From Acidimicrobiia bacterium (GTDB taxonomy: Bacteria; Actinomycetota; Acidimicrobiia; IMCC26256; CAWATG01): 64,000 bases of DNA. Position numbers and translations under genes: made by a program. The notes beneath the pieces are model-generated. The model was not told the DNA's origin and searched no databases. It was given only the letters and a program-made list of their open reading frames with translations. Positions 1-8,791 of the stretch are shown one piece after another; within the stretch, counting starts at the first letter, position 1, and the number at the start of each line of letters is the position of its first letter. The stretch covers positions 346,301 to 410,300 of the forward strand of contig JAXLRK010000001.1 in NCBI GenBank assembly GCA_046331155.1. Direction: 5' to 3'.

Positions 1-676
1 CGACCGCTGGCACGCGGTGATCGGCGGGTCCATGGGCGGCATGCGCGCCCTCGAATGGGCGGTGAGCTTCCCCGAACGGGTGGACCGGGCGGTCGTGATC
101 TCCTGCGGCGCGACCGCGACCGCGGAGGAGATCGCGTTGTGTTCCACCCAGATCCGCGCGATCAGGGCCGACGCTCTCTGGCGGGGCGGCGACTACTACG
201 ACGCGCCACCCGGCGACGGCCCGCATCGGGGTATGAGCATCGCTCGGGCCGTCGGTCAGGTCTCGTACCGCAGCGAGCTCGAGTTCGAGCAGCGCTTCGG
301 TCGCGGTCACCAGGGCGACGAGACGCCGCTCGAAGGCGGGCGGTACGCGATCGAGTCCTACCTCGAGTATCACGGCGAGAAGCTCGCCCGGCGCTTCGAC
401 GCCAACACCTACATCGTGCTCAGCGCGGCGATGAACCACCACGACGTCGGCCGTGGGCGCGGGGGCGTCGCGGCGGCACTCGCCCGGATCCGCTGCGAGG
501 TCGCGCTGGCCGGAATCTCGTCGGACCACCTGTATCCGCCCCGGTTGCAGGAGGAGCTGGCTGCGTTGATCCCGCGCAACGGCGGCCTGGAGCTCATCAC
601 GTCGGTCACCGGCCACGACGGCTTCCTCGTCGAGCACGAGGCCGTCGGCAAGGTGATCACCCGCGCGCTGGCCTGA
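1..676 (+). CDS. metX: homoserine O-acetyltransferase, C-terminal part (5' end is off the window)
   Basis: The frame of ORF 17..676 runs open to the window edge. The GGSMGGM nucleophile elbow and the following sequence are typical of the MetX alpha/beta-hydrolase family. Confidence 0.8.
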   Translation, partial: DRWHAVIGGSMGGMRALEWAVSFPERVDRAVVISCGATATAEEIALCSTQIRAIRADALWRGGDYYDAPPGDGPHRGMSIARAVGQVSYRSELEFEQRFGRGHQGDETPLEGGRYAIESYLEYHGEKLARRFDANTYIVLSAAMNHHDVGRGRGGVAAALARIRCEVALAGISSDHLYPPRLQEELAALIPRNGGLELITSVTGHDGFLVEHEAVGKVITRALA

Positions 677-688
677 AGACCTGGATTC

Positions 689-734
689 AAGAGGTAGCGA
701 TTTCGAACGAATACGTTACGGATCGCCACCTCTT
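689..734. terminator. stem-loop (about 13 bp stem, AT-rich 20-nt loop) between the convergent metX and recR stops; candidate bidirectional terminator
   Basis: aagaggtagcgat ... atcgccacctctt inverted repeat seen directly; sits 13 nt after the metX stop and 10 nt after the recR stop. Confidence 0.35.
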
Positions 735-743
735 GGCCGGAGG

Positions 744-1352
744 TCAGGCGTCGACGACGCGGCGGCCCTCGAGCGCGCGGCCCAACGTCACCTCGTCGGC
801 GTACTCGAGGTCGCCGCCGACGGGGAGACCGCTCGCGATGCGCGTGACGCGCACACCGAGCGGCTGCAACAACCGGGCGAGGTACATCGCGGTGGCTTCG
901 CCCTCGATGTTCGGGTTGGTGGCGAGGATGACCTCCTCCACGCCTTCCGCGTCGAGGCGGCCGAGCAGCTCCTTGATGCGCAGCTGCTCGGCGCCGATGC
1001 CCTCGATCGGCGAGATCGCACCCTGCAACACGTGGTAGCGACCACGGAACTCCTGCGTCCGTTCGACCGCCACGATGTCACGCGGTTCCTCGACGACGCA
1101 GAGCACCTTCGGGTCGCGGCGTTCGTCGCGGCAGAAGTTGCAGAGCTCGCCCTCCGCGATGTTGAAGCAGCGGCGGCACCACGACACGCGGTCCTTGGCG
1201 TCCTCGATCGCCCGCGCGAGCCGTTTCGCGTCGGCCGCCTCGGACTTCAGCAGGTAGAACGCGATCCGTTGCGCGGACTTGGGACCGACACCGGGGAGGC
1301 GGCCGAGCTCGTCGATCAGGACCTGGACCGGGCCCTCGTAGAGCGTGCTCAA
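744..1352 (-). CDS. recR: recombination protein RecR
   Basis: The 202-aa translation has the RecR HhH segment ([14 protein letters not shown]), a C4 zinc finger (CRRC...CNFC) and a Toprim region. Confidence 0.95.
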   Translation of the reverse strand: MSTLYEGPVQVLIDELGRLPGVGPKSAQRIAFYLLKSEAADAKRLARAIEDAKDRVSWCRRCFNIAEGELCNFCRDERRDPKVLCVVEEPRDIVAVERTQEFRGRYHVLQGAISPIEGIGAEQLRIKELLGRLDAEGVEEVILATNPNIEGEATAMYLARLLQPLGVRVTRIASGLPVGGDLEYADEVTLGRALEGRRVVDA

Positions 1353-1681
1353 CCGAGCAGACCGCCCAGCCCGCCGAGATCCATACCCCCGGCGAGCGGC
1401 CCGAGCCGCGCCGCTTGGAGCTCCTGCGACTTCCGCAAACCTTCGGAGACCGCGGCGACGACGAGGTCCTCGAGCATCTCGACGTCGTCGGGGTCCACGA
1501 CCGTCGGGTCGATCTTCACCGCGTGCACCACGCCCGTCCCGGTGACCGTCGCGGTGACCATCCCGCCGCCCGCGCTGCCCTCGACCGTCTCGACGGCCAG
1601 GGCGTCCTGCGCCGCGGCCACGTCGGCCTGCATCTTCTGCATCCGGCGCATCATCTGGTTGATCTGCTTCTGGTTCGCCAT
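1349..1681 (-). CDS. ybaB: nucleoid-associated protein YbaB/EbfC
   Basis: Internal Met ([18 protein letters not shown]...) gives a 110-aa YbaB-like protein. Its stop overlaps the recR start by 4 nt. Conserved dnaX-ybaB-recR order. Confidence 0.88.
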   Translation of the reverse strand: MANQKQINQMMRRMQKMQADVAAAQDALAVETVEGSAGGGMVTATVTGTGVVHAVKIDPTVVDPDDVEMLEDLVVAAVSEGLRKSQELQAARLGPLAGGMDLGGLGGLLG

Positions 1682-1689
1682 GGGCCGTC

Positions 1690-1800
1690 TCCGATTGTCG
1701 CCCTCACTTCGCCGCAGGGTACCTGCGGCGACCCTTCGGGTCGTTCGGGACTCCGTGCTCGCTCGACTTCGCTCGCTCGCCTGATGGTCCGGACTCCCGC
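1690..1800 (-). repeat. single inverted copy of a roughly 90-nt structured repeat element (same family as 3823..3958), in the dnaX-ybaB intergenic region
   Basis: The reverse complement aligns to the 3803..3960 unit: gagcgaag.cgagc..acggagtcccgaacg...cgaagg[hairpin]agtgagggcgac.atcg. The central hairpin differs by compensatory changes. Confidence 0.55.
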
Positions 1801-1813
1801 CACGTAGCAACGC

Positions 1814-3730
1814 CTATCGGGGGCGTTCCTCGACGACGCTGGCGCCGAAGGTCTGGACGAGGCGGGACACCGAATCTACCGCTCCCGCGTCCGACGGAGC
1901 GTCGACCAGCTCGTCGGGATCGAAGGATTCCAGGTCGACGTCGGGTGGTTCCTCGGGCGGTGGCGGCCCGTCGGACGCGGCCGTTGCGCTCGCGCGCGAA
2001 CTCGGCCGCACCGGCACGTCGGCGGAGCCGCCGAAGTCGTGCGCGACCGTCTGGAACCGCAGGGTGCGTCCGACCCGGTCGGCGAGGGCGGTGCGGATGA
2101 CCGCCGCCTCCTTGCGGAACCGGGGCCGGGCCGCTTCCAGGAGCCGCGCGGGCACCCCGAACACGACGACGTCGCCCTCGACGGCGATCGGTTGGGCCTC
2201 CTGCACTGCCGCACGGGTTGCCGGCGAAAGGGTCGGCAGCAGCTCCGCCCAGGCCACGATGAGGTCGTCGAGGTCGACGGGCCCCGCGGGCGGAGCGGCC
2301 GCCTCGGGCGGTCGAGGAGATCCGACCGGGCGCGCGGGCTCGTTCCGTGGTGCCGGTTCGGCCGGCTCGGCAGCTCGCGCCGCCGGCGCCGCCGACGCAT
2401 CGGGCGACGGATCGGGTGTGGCGGCCACCTTCTTTCGCAGCGCCCCCAGCGCCCGGGCCGGACCCGACGACGGGTGTTCCGCCGGTTCCTCGTGGCTGAG
2501 CGGCGTGTCGGCCGGGTGGACGGCCTCGGACGTCGCCGTCGATCCTCGAGGGCCGCCCGACGCCACCGACCCGGTTCCTCCCACCGCCTGCTCCAGCCGG
2601 TCCACCCGTTCGGCCAGTGCGTGCAACGACGACGACGCGTCCCGCCGGCTCAGGCGCACGACCGCCACCTCGAGCACCAGCCGCGGGTCGGGTGCTCCGG
2701 TACCGCGCATGTCGACGGCCGCCTGCCCCAGGGTCTCGAGCGCGCGGACCATCGCGCCGGTTCCCATCGCTTCGCCGAGCGCGGCCAGCGCGGCGCGCTC
2801 CTCGTCGGGCGCACTGATCTTGACGCGACCACCGGCCGCGGTGAGCAGCAACGCGTCACGGAGCGAACGCATGAGGTCGTCCGCGACGCGCCGCGGGTCG
2901 TGTCCGGTGTCGAACAGGTTGGCGAGTGCGGCCAGGGCGCCGGCGACGTCCTCGGCGTCGGCCGACCGCAGGACCTCTAGGGACGCCTCGAGCGGCGTGC
3001 CGCCGAAGAGGGCTGCGACCTGCGCCGCGTCGACGCGGTCCGGCGACTGCGCCAGCGCCTGGTCGAGGAGCGACAACGAGTCCCGCAGCGAACCGGCGCC
3101 TCGCCGGGCGATGATCGCGAGCGCCTCCCGGTCGGCTTCGACACCCTCACGGGCCGCGACGTCGGCTAGGTGGTCGACGATCTGCGCGCTGGTGAGCAGC
3201 GTGAACTCGAGCGGCTGCGTACGCGACTGGATGGTGGGCAGCACTTTCTCGGGGTTCGTGGTCGCGAGCACGAACACGACGTGATCCGGTGCCTCCTCGA
3301 GCGTCTTGAGAAACGCGTTCGAAGCGCGCGCCGAGAGCTCGTGCACCTCGTCGACGATGTAGACCTTCCGGCCGCCGGCCGCGCTCCGGTATGCGACGCG
3401 CTCGATGAGATCGCGGATCTCGTCGACGCCGTTGTTCGACGCGGCGTCGATCTCGACGACGTCGAGCGACGACCCGGCGGTGATCTCGCGGCACGACGTG
3501 CACTCCCCGCACGGTTCGCCATCAGCGCCGCGGTCGGTGCAGTTGAGTGCCTTGGCCAGGATGCGAGCGGTGGTCGTCTTGCCGGTGCCGCGTGGGCCCC
3601 AGAAGAAGTACGCGTGGACCACCCGGTCGTCGCGCACGGCGTTGCGCAGCGCGCCGACGACGTGCTCCTGGCCGACGAGCTCGTCGAAGCGCTGCGGGCG
3701 GTACTTGCGGTAGAGGGACTGGTAGCTCAC
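1814..3730 (-). CDS. dnaX: DNA polymerase III subunits gamma/tau
   Basis: MSYQSLYRKYRPQRFDELVGQEHV... with a Walker A motif (GPRGTGKTT). 638 aa with a Pro/Ala-rich linker. Confidence 0.95.
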   Translation of the reverse strand: MSYQSLYRKYRPQRFDELVGQEHVVGALRNAVRDDRVVHAYFFWGPRGTGKTTTARILAKALNCTDRGADGEPCGECTSCREITAGSSLDVVEIDAASNNGVDEIRDLIERVAYRSAAGGRKVYIVDEVHELSARASNAFLKTLEEAPDHVVFVLATTNPEKVLPTIQSRTQPLEFTLLTSAQIVDHLADVAAREGVEADREALAIIARRGAGSLRDSLSLLDQALAQSPDRVDAAQVAALFGGTPLEASLEVLRSADAEDVAGALAALANLFDTGHDPRRVADDLMRSLRDALLLTAAGGRVKISAPDEERAALAALGEAMGTGAMVRALETLGQAAVDMRGTGAPDPRLVLEVAVVRLSRRDASSSLHALAERVDRLEQAVGGTGSVASGGPRGSTATSEAVHPADTPLSHEEPAEHPSSGPARALGALRKKVAATPDPSPDASAAPAARAAEPAEPAPRNEPARPVGSPRPPEAAAPPAGPVDLDDLIVAWAELLPTLSPATRAAVQEAQPIAVEGDVVVFGVPARLLEAARPRFRKEAAVIRTALADRVGRTLRFQTVAHDFGGSADVPVRPSSRASATAASDGPPPPEEPPDVDLESFDPDELVDAPSDAGAVDSVSRLVQTFGASVVEERPR

Positions 3731-3822
3731 GACCCCGACCTTACCGATCCGTCACCCGTTCCTGCCGAGAGGAGGGAAGCGGCCACTGGCATGCCGTGAG
3801 TGAGCGAAGCCGAGCAGACCCG

Positions 3823-3958
3823 GAGTCCCGAACGGGCCGAAGGCCGGCGGCGGGTATCCCGCCGCCGAGTGAGGGCGACCATCGAACACGGAGTCCCGAA
3901 CGGGCCGAAGGCCGGCGGCGGGTATCCCGCCGCCGAGTGAGGGCGACCATCGAACACG
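3823..3958 (+). repeat. tandem direct repeat, 2 x 68 bp (plus a 3-nt start of a third unit), between ffs and dnaX
   Basis: Unit ggagtcccgaacgggccgaaggccggcggcgggtatcccgccgccgagtgagggcgaccatcgaacac is repeated exactly. It contains a 10-bp stem hairpin cggcggcggg/cccgccgccg. Confidence 0.85.
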
Positions 3959-3992
3959 GACCGTGCCCCGCCTCCGACGTGGCGCCACGAGG

Positions 3993-4086
3993 CGCGGGTC
4001 CCGTCGCCGGCTCAGACCAGGCCACCCTACGGCACACGGAAGGACCCGCTGAGAGCTGCTTCCTTCCGGACCTGACTCGGTTCACG
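3993..4086 (-). ncRNA. ffs: signal recognition particle RNA (small/4.5S type); boundaries approximate
   Basis: The minus strand reads GUCAGGUCCGGAAGGAAGCAGC, the conserved domain IV motif, with flanking complementary arms. It sits immediately upstream of dnaX, the conserved ffs-dnaX synteny. Confidence 0.7.
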
Positions 4087-4300
4087 GGATTCCGTTGCGC
4101 AGGACCCGGCCATCGTCGCCACGTGCGGGTCGCCTTCCTCACGGCGGCACACGCCTCGGGCGGGAATTCAGCCCCTCGTACGTGGATTGAGGGTAGAGGG
4201 CACCACGAGCTCCCCGCCTAGCACGGTCCGCACCGGCACCCTACCAGCCGTCGGCGTCGACCCGATCCGTACCGGCCCACCGCTACGATGCTCCGTTTCG

Positions 4301-4386
4301 GGAGGGATGCGAGAGCGGCCGAATCGGCACGCTTGGAAAGCGTGTGTGGGGCAACCCACCGTGGGTTCGAATCCCACTCCCTCCGC
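4301..4386 (+). tRNA. tRNA-Ser (anticodon GGA), long variable arm, no encoded CCA
   Basis: GGAGGGATGCGAGAGCGGCCGAATCGGCACGCTTGGAAAGCGTG...GGGTTCGAATCCCACTCCCTCCG folds as a class II cloverleaf. Confidence 0.9.
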
Positions 4387-4562
4387 TCGGGTCGGTGTGC
4401 GCGACGCGCACTCCAAACCCCCGAAGCGCGGGCAGTGAGCCGTCTGAACGAACGCAGTTCGGGGCCGAGCGGGGGCGAGGGTGGATACGTTGCGACGATG
4501 TACGACTCCGGGGTCAGAGCGCTCCCAACCGGTGGCCCTGACCGACCCTCGCGCGCGACGTC

Positions 4563-4907
4563 CTAACCCGGTAGGTCAAGGATCACGGCGACCGTCTCGC
4601 GGATCTGTGCGAGCACCGTCGAACCGACGTTGCCGCGTACCCCGGAGATTCGGCCGGTGGACACGGCCCGGAGGTGCTGGCATTGGGCGGCCGAGGCCTC
4701 CTGCAGCCCGTTCGCAGCGTCGGGATCGATCACGATCTCGGAATCGACGCGCCGGATCATGGACGTGAGCGGAACGACGTGGACAACTGACGGAACCGCG
4801 TCGAGTATCCGCTGAGCGGTCACCAAGACTGCGGGATGGACGAAACCGGCCTCCCGCCCCTCGGGCAGACCCAGATCGAGATCGACGACGTCACCCGAGG
4901 TCGGCAT
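4563..4907 (-). CDS. type II toxin, PemK/MazF family endoribonuclease
   Basis: 114 aa with a MazF-like pattern (GDVVDLDL...PAVLVT...VVPLTS). Overlaps the upstream antitoxin ORF. Confidence 0.8.
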   Translation of the reverse strand: MPTSGDVVDLDLGLPEGREAGFVHPAVLVTAQRILDAVPSVVHVVPLTSMIRRVDSEIVIDPDAANGLQEASAAQCQHLRAVSTGRISGVRGNVGSTVLAQIRETVAVILDLPG

Positions 4908-5085
4908 CGAGCCAAGCAGACTCGTCTTCTCGCAGGTGCGCCTTGAGCTCGCCCCCGATGCGGTCCTGGCGGAGGGCCCTGACAGCCAGCGACACGGTGT
5001 TCCCGACCGTCGTGTTCAGCTGAGCGGCGAGCCGTTTGAGCTCCTCGTGGGTGGAAACGTCGATCCTGACACTCGTACTTTGCAT
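4891..5085 (-). CDS. type II antitoxin (ribbon-helix-helix / MazE-like)
   Basis: Internal Met (MQSTSVRIDVSTHEELKRLAAQLN...) gives a 64-aa RHH-like protein. It overlaps the toxin start by 17 nt. Confidence 0.7.
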   Translation of the reverse strand: MQSTSVRIDVSTHEELKRLAAQLNTTVGNTVSLAVRALRQDRIGGELKAHLREDESAWLDADLG

Positions 5086-5289
5086 GCAAATCAGCATACA
5101 CCGATGGGCGGGGGCACGTCGCTCGAGGTCCAGGAGCCCTTCATGGACATGCTGTGCACAGGGGCCTACCTGGGCGTGGTCAGGCCGCGGATCGCAGTGG
5201 GCGCGCGGTCGCCGCACCCATCGATCTCCATGGCGCGCCGGGCGCGGCGCTGAGCCAATGAGCCTCTGCCGTCAGCAAGAGGAACTGGT

Positions 5290-5342
5290 ACCTTCCGTGC
5301 GGTCGCCGCGAAGGCGACCGCCGCCACGAGGGGGGTACCACG
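5290..5342 (+). promoter_or_regulatory. long imperfect hairpin spanning the RBS of the DinB_2-family gene, bracketed by GGTACC sites
   Basis: ggtaccttccgtg cggtcgcc gcgaa ggcgaccg ccgccacgagggg ggtacc sits directly before the ATG. An 8-bp perfect stem has a GCGAA loop; the SD-like gagggggg lies in the 3' arm. Confidence 0.3.
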
Positions 5343-5912
5343 ATGGCCGACACCACCAACGTCCGACGCGTCGCCGATCAGCTCGATGGTCTCATCGGGG
5401 GTGTGCAGGACTCGCAGCTCGGGCTGCCGACACCGTGCACCGAATGGGACGTGCGCGCCCTGCTCGATCACGTGACCGGAGGCGGCCTCCTCTTCGCCAC
5501 GTGCATCCGCGACGGTGCCTGCTCCGACGAGTACCTCATGAAGATCATGACCGAAGACCAAGTCGGCAACGACCCGGTCGCGTCGTTCCGTGCGGCGAGC
5601 TCGTCGTTCCTCAGCGCCGCCGACGCGGCCGACGCCGACAGGGTGGTCGCCACGCCGTGGGGTGAGATGCCGGTTTCGGTGGTGTTGGACATCGCGGTGG
5701 CCGATCTCACCATCCACTCGATCGATCTCGCGTTGGCCACCGGCGCCGACCTCGACGAGCTCGACCTGGAGCTCCTCGCCAGGGCCGACGAGCTCGCCCA
5801 CCAGTACTTCCCGAGCGAGGGAAGACCGCCGGTGTTCGGCCCGCCGGTCGAGGTCACCGCGGACAGGCACCCGGCACTGCAGCTGGCGGCGTTCGCCGGT
5901 CGAACCGTCTGA
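5343..5912 (+). CDS. DinB_2 / mycothiol-dependent maleylpyruvate isomerase N-terminal-domain family protein (TIGR03086-like)
   Basis: 189 aa. N-terminal pattern ...QLDGLI..V.D.QLGLPTPCTEWDVRALLDHV is typical of the actinobacterial MDMPI_N/DinB_2 family. Confidence 0.7.
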   Translation: MADTTNVRRVADQLDGLIGGVQDSQLGLPTPCTEWDVRALLDHVTGGGLLFATCIRDGACSDEYLMKIMTEDQVGNDPVASFRAASSSFLSAADAADADRVVATPWGEMPVSVVLDIAVADLTIHSIDLALATGADLDELDLELLARADELAHQYFPSEGRPPVFGPPVEVTADRHPALQLAAFAGRTV

Positions 5913-5992
5913 CCGACGCGGGACCCGTCTGACCGACGCCGGACCTCCGACCATTCCGTAGCGCCCAGCCTGCTGGAGTCTGCCGACAGGTG

Positions 5993-6301
5993 TCAGCAGC
6001 CGAGCGCGTAGCTGAGGGCCGAGCACACCCGCGCCAAGGTGACGTGGTCGACTGCTCCGACGCGGGTGGTCAGCGCCGACTGGGCAATCGTGTGAAGGCC
6101 ATCGCAGTTGATGACGGATTCCTCGTCGAGGCCGGCATCCGCGTGATCGATCACGACCTCGGCCGCCAGACCACGTGCCGAGGTCGAGACCTCGGCGACC
6201 GTCACCAGCGAGCGGACATCGAGCACGTCCGTACGCGTGAGGACGACTACCGGGCGCCTCGTGCGGCCGACCTCGGCGACCCAGACCTCACCGCGATTCA
6301 C
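5993..6301 (-). CDS. type II toxin, MazF family (mycobacterial MazF-like)
   Basis: MNRGEVWVAEVGRTRRPVVVLTRTDVL... 102 aa; classic MazF N-terminus. Confidence 0.85.
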   Translation of the reverse strand: MNRGEVWVAEVGRTRRPVVVLTRTDVLDVRSLVTVAEVSTSARGLAAEVVIDHADAGLDEESVINCDGLHTIAQSALTTRVGAVDHVTLARVCSALSYALGC

Positions 6302-6507
6302 TCGTCACCCCAGCTCTCTGCTCCGGCCCAGAACTCGTCCGGCGTCTCCGGCATGTTCTGGTACGCGCGCCGATCGGCCTGCGCCAACGCCGCTCGAACG
6401 GCAGCCGCGACGCCCTCCCGGGCAGCTGCAGAGACGTTCACGCCGAGGCGGCGCGCTTGCTCCGCGAGCGATTCGTCCAGCGTGAAGGTCGTCCGGGTCG
6501 CCGCCAT
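6298..6507 (-). CDS. type II antitoxin (MazE/RHH-like)
   Basis: MAATRTTFTLDESLAEQARRLGVNVS... 69 aa. Its stop overlaps the toxin start (ATGA). Confidence 0.75.
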   Translation of the reverse strand: MAATRTTFTLDESLAEQARRLGVNVSAAAREGVAAAVRAALAQADRRAYQNMPETPDEFWAGAESWGDE

Positions 6508-6585
6508 CGCGTTACATGCTAGCACGAGCTGCTAGCGTACCCGTCGCGCAAGTCCCCCGGAGCCGTTACGAGGACCGGCGCGGCG

Positions 6586-7050
6586 TCAGTACTCGTTCTT
6601 CAGCACGAAGTAGGAACCGCGGATCGTTCCGGCCAGCTTCGACTTCTGCCGAGCGAACTTGAACCGCGAGGCGAGCTCCTCGGGAACCTCCATCCCGTCG
6701 GAGAGCTTGAACCCGACTGCCCGCTTCTTGGGGTCGTCGATGGTGTACATCACGTTGATGGACAGACCGCTCTCGTAGAAGACGTAGGCCATGCGGATGT
6801 TCTCGACCTGGAAGGCGGTGGCCTCGAGAGGCCGCGACGAGATGACGATGTCGCGTTCCTCCTCGAGGATCCGGTGCACCCACTCGATGGTCTTCTCGGC
6901 CTTGCTCGCAGGCTCCACCGTGAAGTCGTGGTCGTACTTGTTCTTGAAGTAGCGGGCCTCGTTCGCCCGCAGACCGGCGAGCGCGTCCGCGACCGGCGAC
7001 GACTCGAGACCGACGGTCGAGACGGTCTTGAAATCCACGGCGTAGGCCAT
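6586..7050 (-). CDS. hypothetical protein, 154 aa, Lys-rich, lower GC than the surroundings
   Basis: Internal Met (MAYAVDFKTVSTVGLESSP...) lies 22 nt after the methyltransferase stop. Long clean ORF with no family I can name; about 60% GC against about 70% around it. Confidence 0.6.
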   Translation of the reverse strand: MAYAVDFKTVSTVGLESSPVADALAGLRANEARYFKNKYDHDFTVEPASKAEKTIEWVHRILEEERDIVISSRPLEATAFQVENIRMAYVFYESGLSINVMYTIDDPKKRAVGFKLSDGMEVPEELASRFKFARQKSKLAGTIRGSYFVLKNEY

Positions 7051-7072
7051 GACGCACTCCTCCCTCTGGTCC

Positions 7073-7915
7073 CTACTTCGTGCCGACGATGCAGCGCGCC
7101 ACGCCCGGAATCCTGACTCTGCCGTCTTGCTCGTAGCTGCGGGCCCTGGCGATGACGGCGCCGGCGATCCGCTTCCGCGCCGGTTCGTCGACCTGTTGAA
7201 GCGCCGCAACTGCGAGCGAGACGTGCTCGCCGATCATCTCCCAGTACTGCGCGGCCGATCGCGTCACCAGTTCGACCTCGACGTCCCACTCGGCGACGTC
7301 GCGCAGCCCTGCGGCCGTGTACAGGGCACTGACAGATCCCGGGGCCGCGAACCGGAACATGCTCGGCCCGTCCGGGTCGGGCGGCGCCAACACCGCCTCC
7401 GCCGCGATCGCCTGCATGGCGATCATCGTCCACGGGTTCTCCTCGGGCTTGACCCACACCGACGAGCAGAGTCGGCCGCCCGGTTTGAGCACGCGAGCGA
7501 ACTCGGCGGTGGCTTCGCCGACGTCGGGAAAGAACATGTACCCGAACCGCACCGAGATGCTGTCGAAGATCGCGTCACCGAACGGCAGGTCGTCGGCACT
7601 GCAAACCCTGGTCTCGATGTTGGTGATCCCTTGCACGTTCGCTCTTCGCGTCGCGACGTCGAGCATCTCAGCCGCGAGGTCGGTCAGTACGACGTGTCCC
7701 CTCGGCGCGAGCTTCGCGACGGTCAGCCCCGGCTCGCCGGTGCCCGCGGCGATGTCGAGATGCTGTTGATCATCGGCGATGGCGAGGCGCTCGATCATCG
7801 CAGTGCCGACCGGGCCCAGTTGATCCATGATGACCGAGTCCCACTTCTCCCAACCCGCGGACAGTCCGGCCCACGTCGCTCGCTGACCGTCTCGGATCTC
7901 GTCACCGCTCGGCAT
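7073..7915 (-). CDS. class I SAM-dependent methyltransferase (small-molecule type)
   Basis: Motif I DIAAGTGEPG and an acidic post-I residue. Start chosen at MPSGDEIRDG with a GGGAGGG SD 6 nt upstream. No DPPY/NPPY DNA-methyltransferase motif. Confidence 0.85.
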   Translation of the reverse strand: MPSGDEIRDGQRATWAGLSAGWEKWDSVIMDQLGPVGTAMIERLAIADDQQHLDIAAGTGEPGLTVAKLAPRGHVVLTDLAAEMLDVATRRANVQGITNIETRVCSADDLPFGDAIFDSISVRFGYMFFPDVGEATAEFARVLKPGGRLCSSVWVKPEENPWTMIAMQAIAAEAVLAPPDPDGPSMFRFAAPGSVSALYTAAGLRDVAEWDVEVELVTRSAAQYWEMIGEHVSLAVAALQQVDEPARKRIAGAVIARARSYEQDGRVRIPGVARCIVGTK

Positions 7916-8079
7916 CGGCCCTCCCGCGATCGAATGCACCCATCGAACACGAGGCACTCCTCGACCGGAACGCATCGTGCCCGCGATGCCGCTCACACGG
8001 CCACTTGCTGGTCAGACTGCAGCCCGGGCGCCCCGTCGCTCGGCACCCGATCGGCACTTCGGGAATGCTGGGCCACCTA

Positions 8080-8763
8080 CGATGCCACGGTGCCGAGAGC
8101 CGCGACTCTCACCCTCGAATCGGGCCTGCGCCTGTCGTACGTCGAGCGCGGCGCGGAGACGGGACCGGCCGCGGTCCTGCTGCCGGGACCAACCGACTCC
8201 TGGCGGTCATACGAACCGGTGCTCAGTCGGTGCTCGCCGGCCACTCGGGCTCGTGCCTCGTGGCACGGAGGGTGGCGCTCGATCATCCGGAGAGAGTTGC
8301 GGGGCTGGTTCTCGAAGCATCGCTGACGAGCCTCACCACCAACGCGGCACTCCACGAGTTCGTGAACTCGGTCGTCCCGAGCTTGGACGACCCGATCGAA
8401 CTCGAATTCGCGAGGTCTTTCGTCACCGGCACGTCCTCGGCGAACGTCACGCCCGAGCTTGTCGAGGTCCTCGCCGAGGACGTCCTCGAGGTTCCCGCCC
8501 GTGTCTGGCGTGCGATGTTCTCGAGGCTGCTCGAGTACGACGACACCGCCGAGCTGCCGAACATCCACGCACCGACCCTTCTGATCTGGGGTGACGCCGA
8601 TCCCATCGTCTCCCGGGAGATGCAGAACCTTCTGGCCGGCCGCATCCCCTCGTCGGAGTTGATCGTGTACCCCGCCGCCGGACACGCACCGAGGTTGGAA
8701 GACCCGGGACGCTTCAGCACCGACCTGGCGACCTTCGTCGAACGCCCACGGACCAAGGCATAG
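8080..8763 (+). pseudogene. alpha/beta hydrolase, disrupted (frameshift or internal deletion between the oxyanion region and the nucleophile elbow)
   Basis: The N-terminal segment MPRAATLTLESGLRLSYVERG...AAVLLPGPTDSWRSYEPVL is in frame 2. The remainder (VLAGHSGSCLV...GDADPIV...AAGHAP) is in frame 1. About 50 residues expected between these motifs are missing. Confidence 0.5.
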
Positions 8764-8791
8764 CGTGTCGCGGGTCTTCGGCCCGTGCCCC

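Noticed and set aside
55-1038. 327-aa and other overlapping ORFs across metX/recR
   Set aside because: Alternative frames of recognised genes; Arg-rich junk.
2039-3799. Several 200-400-aa plus-strand ORFs inside dnaX
   Set aside because: Antisense to dnaX, low-complexity.
3823-3958. Possibility that the 68-bp tandem repeat is a CRISPR array
   Set aside because: Only two copies directly abutting with no spacers, and no cas genes; not CRISPR.
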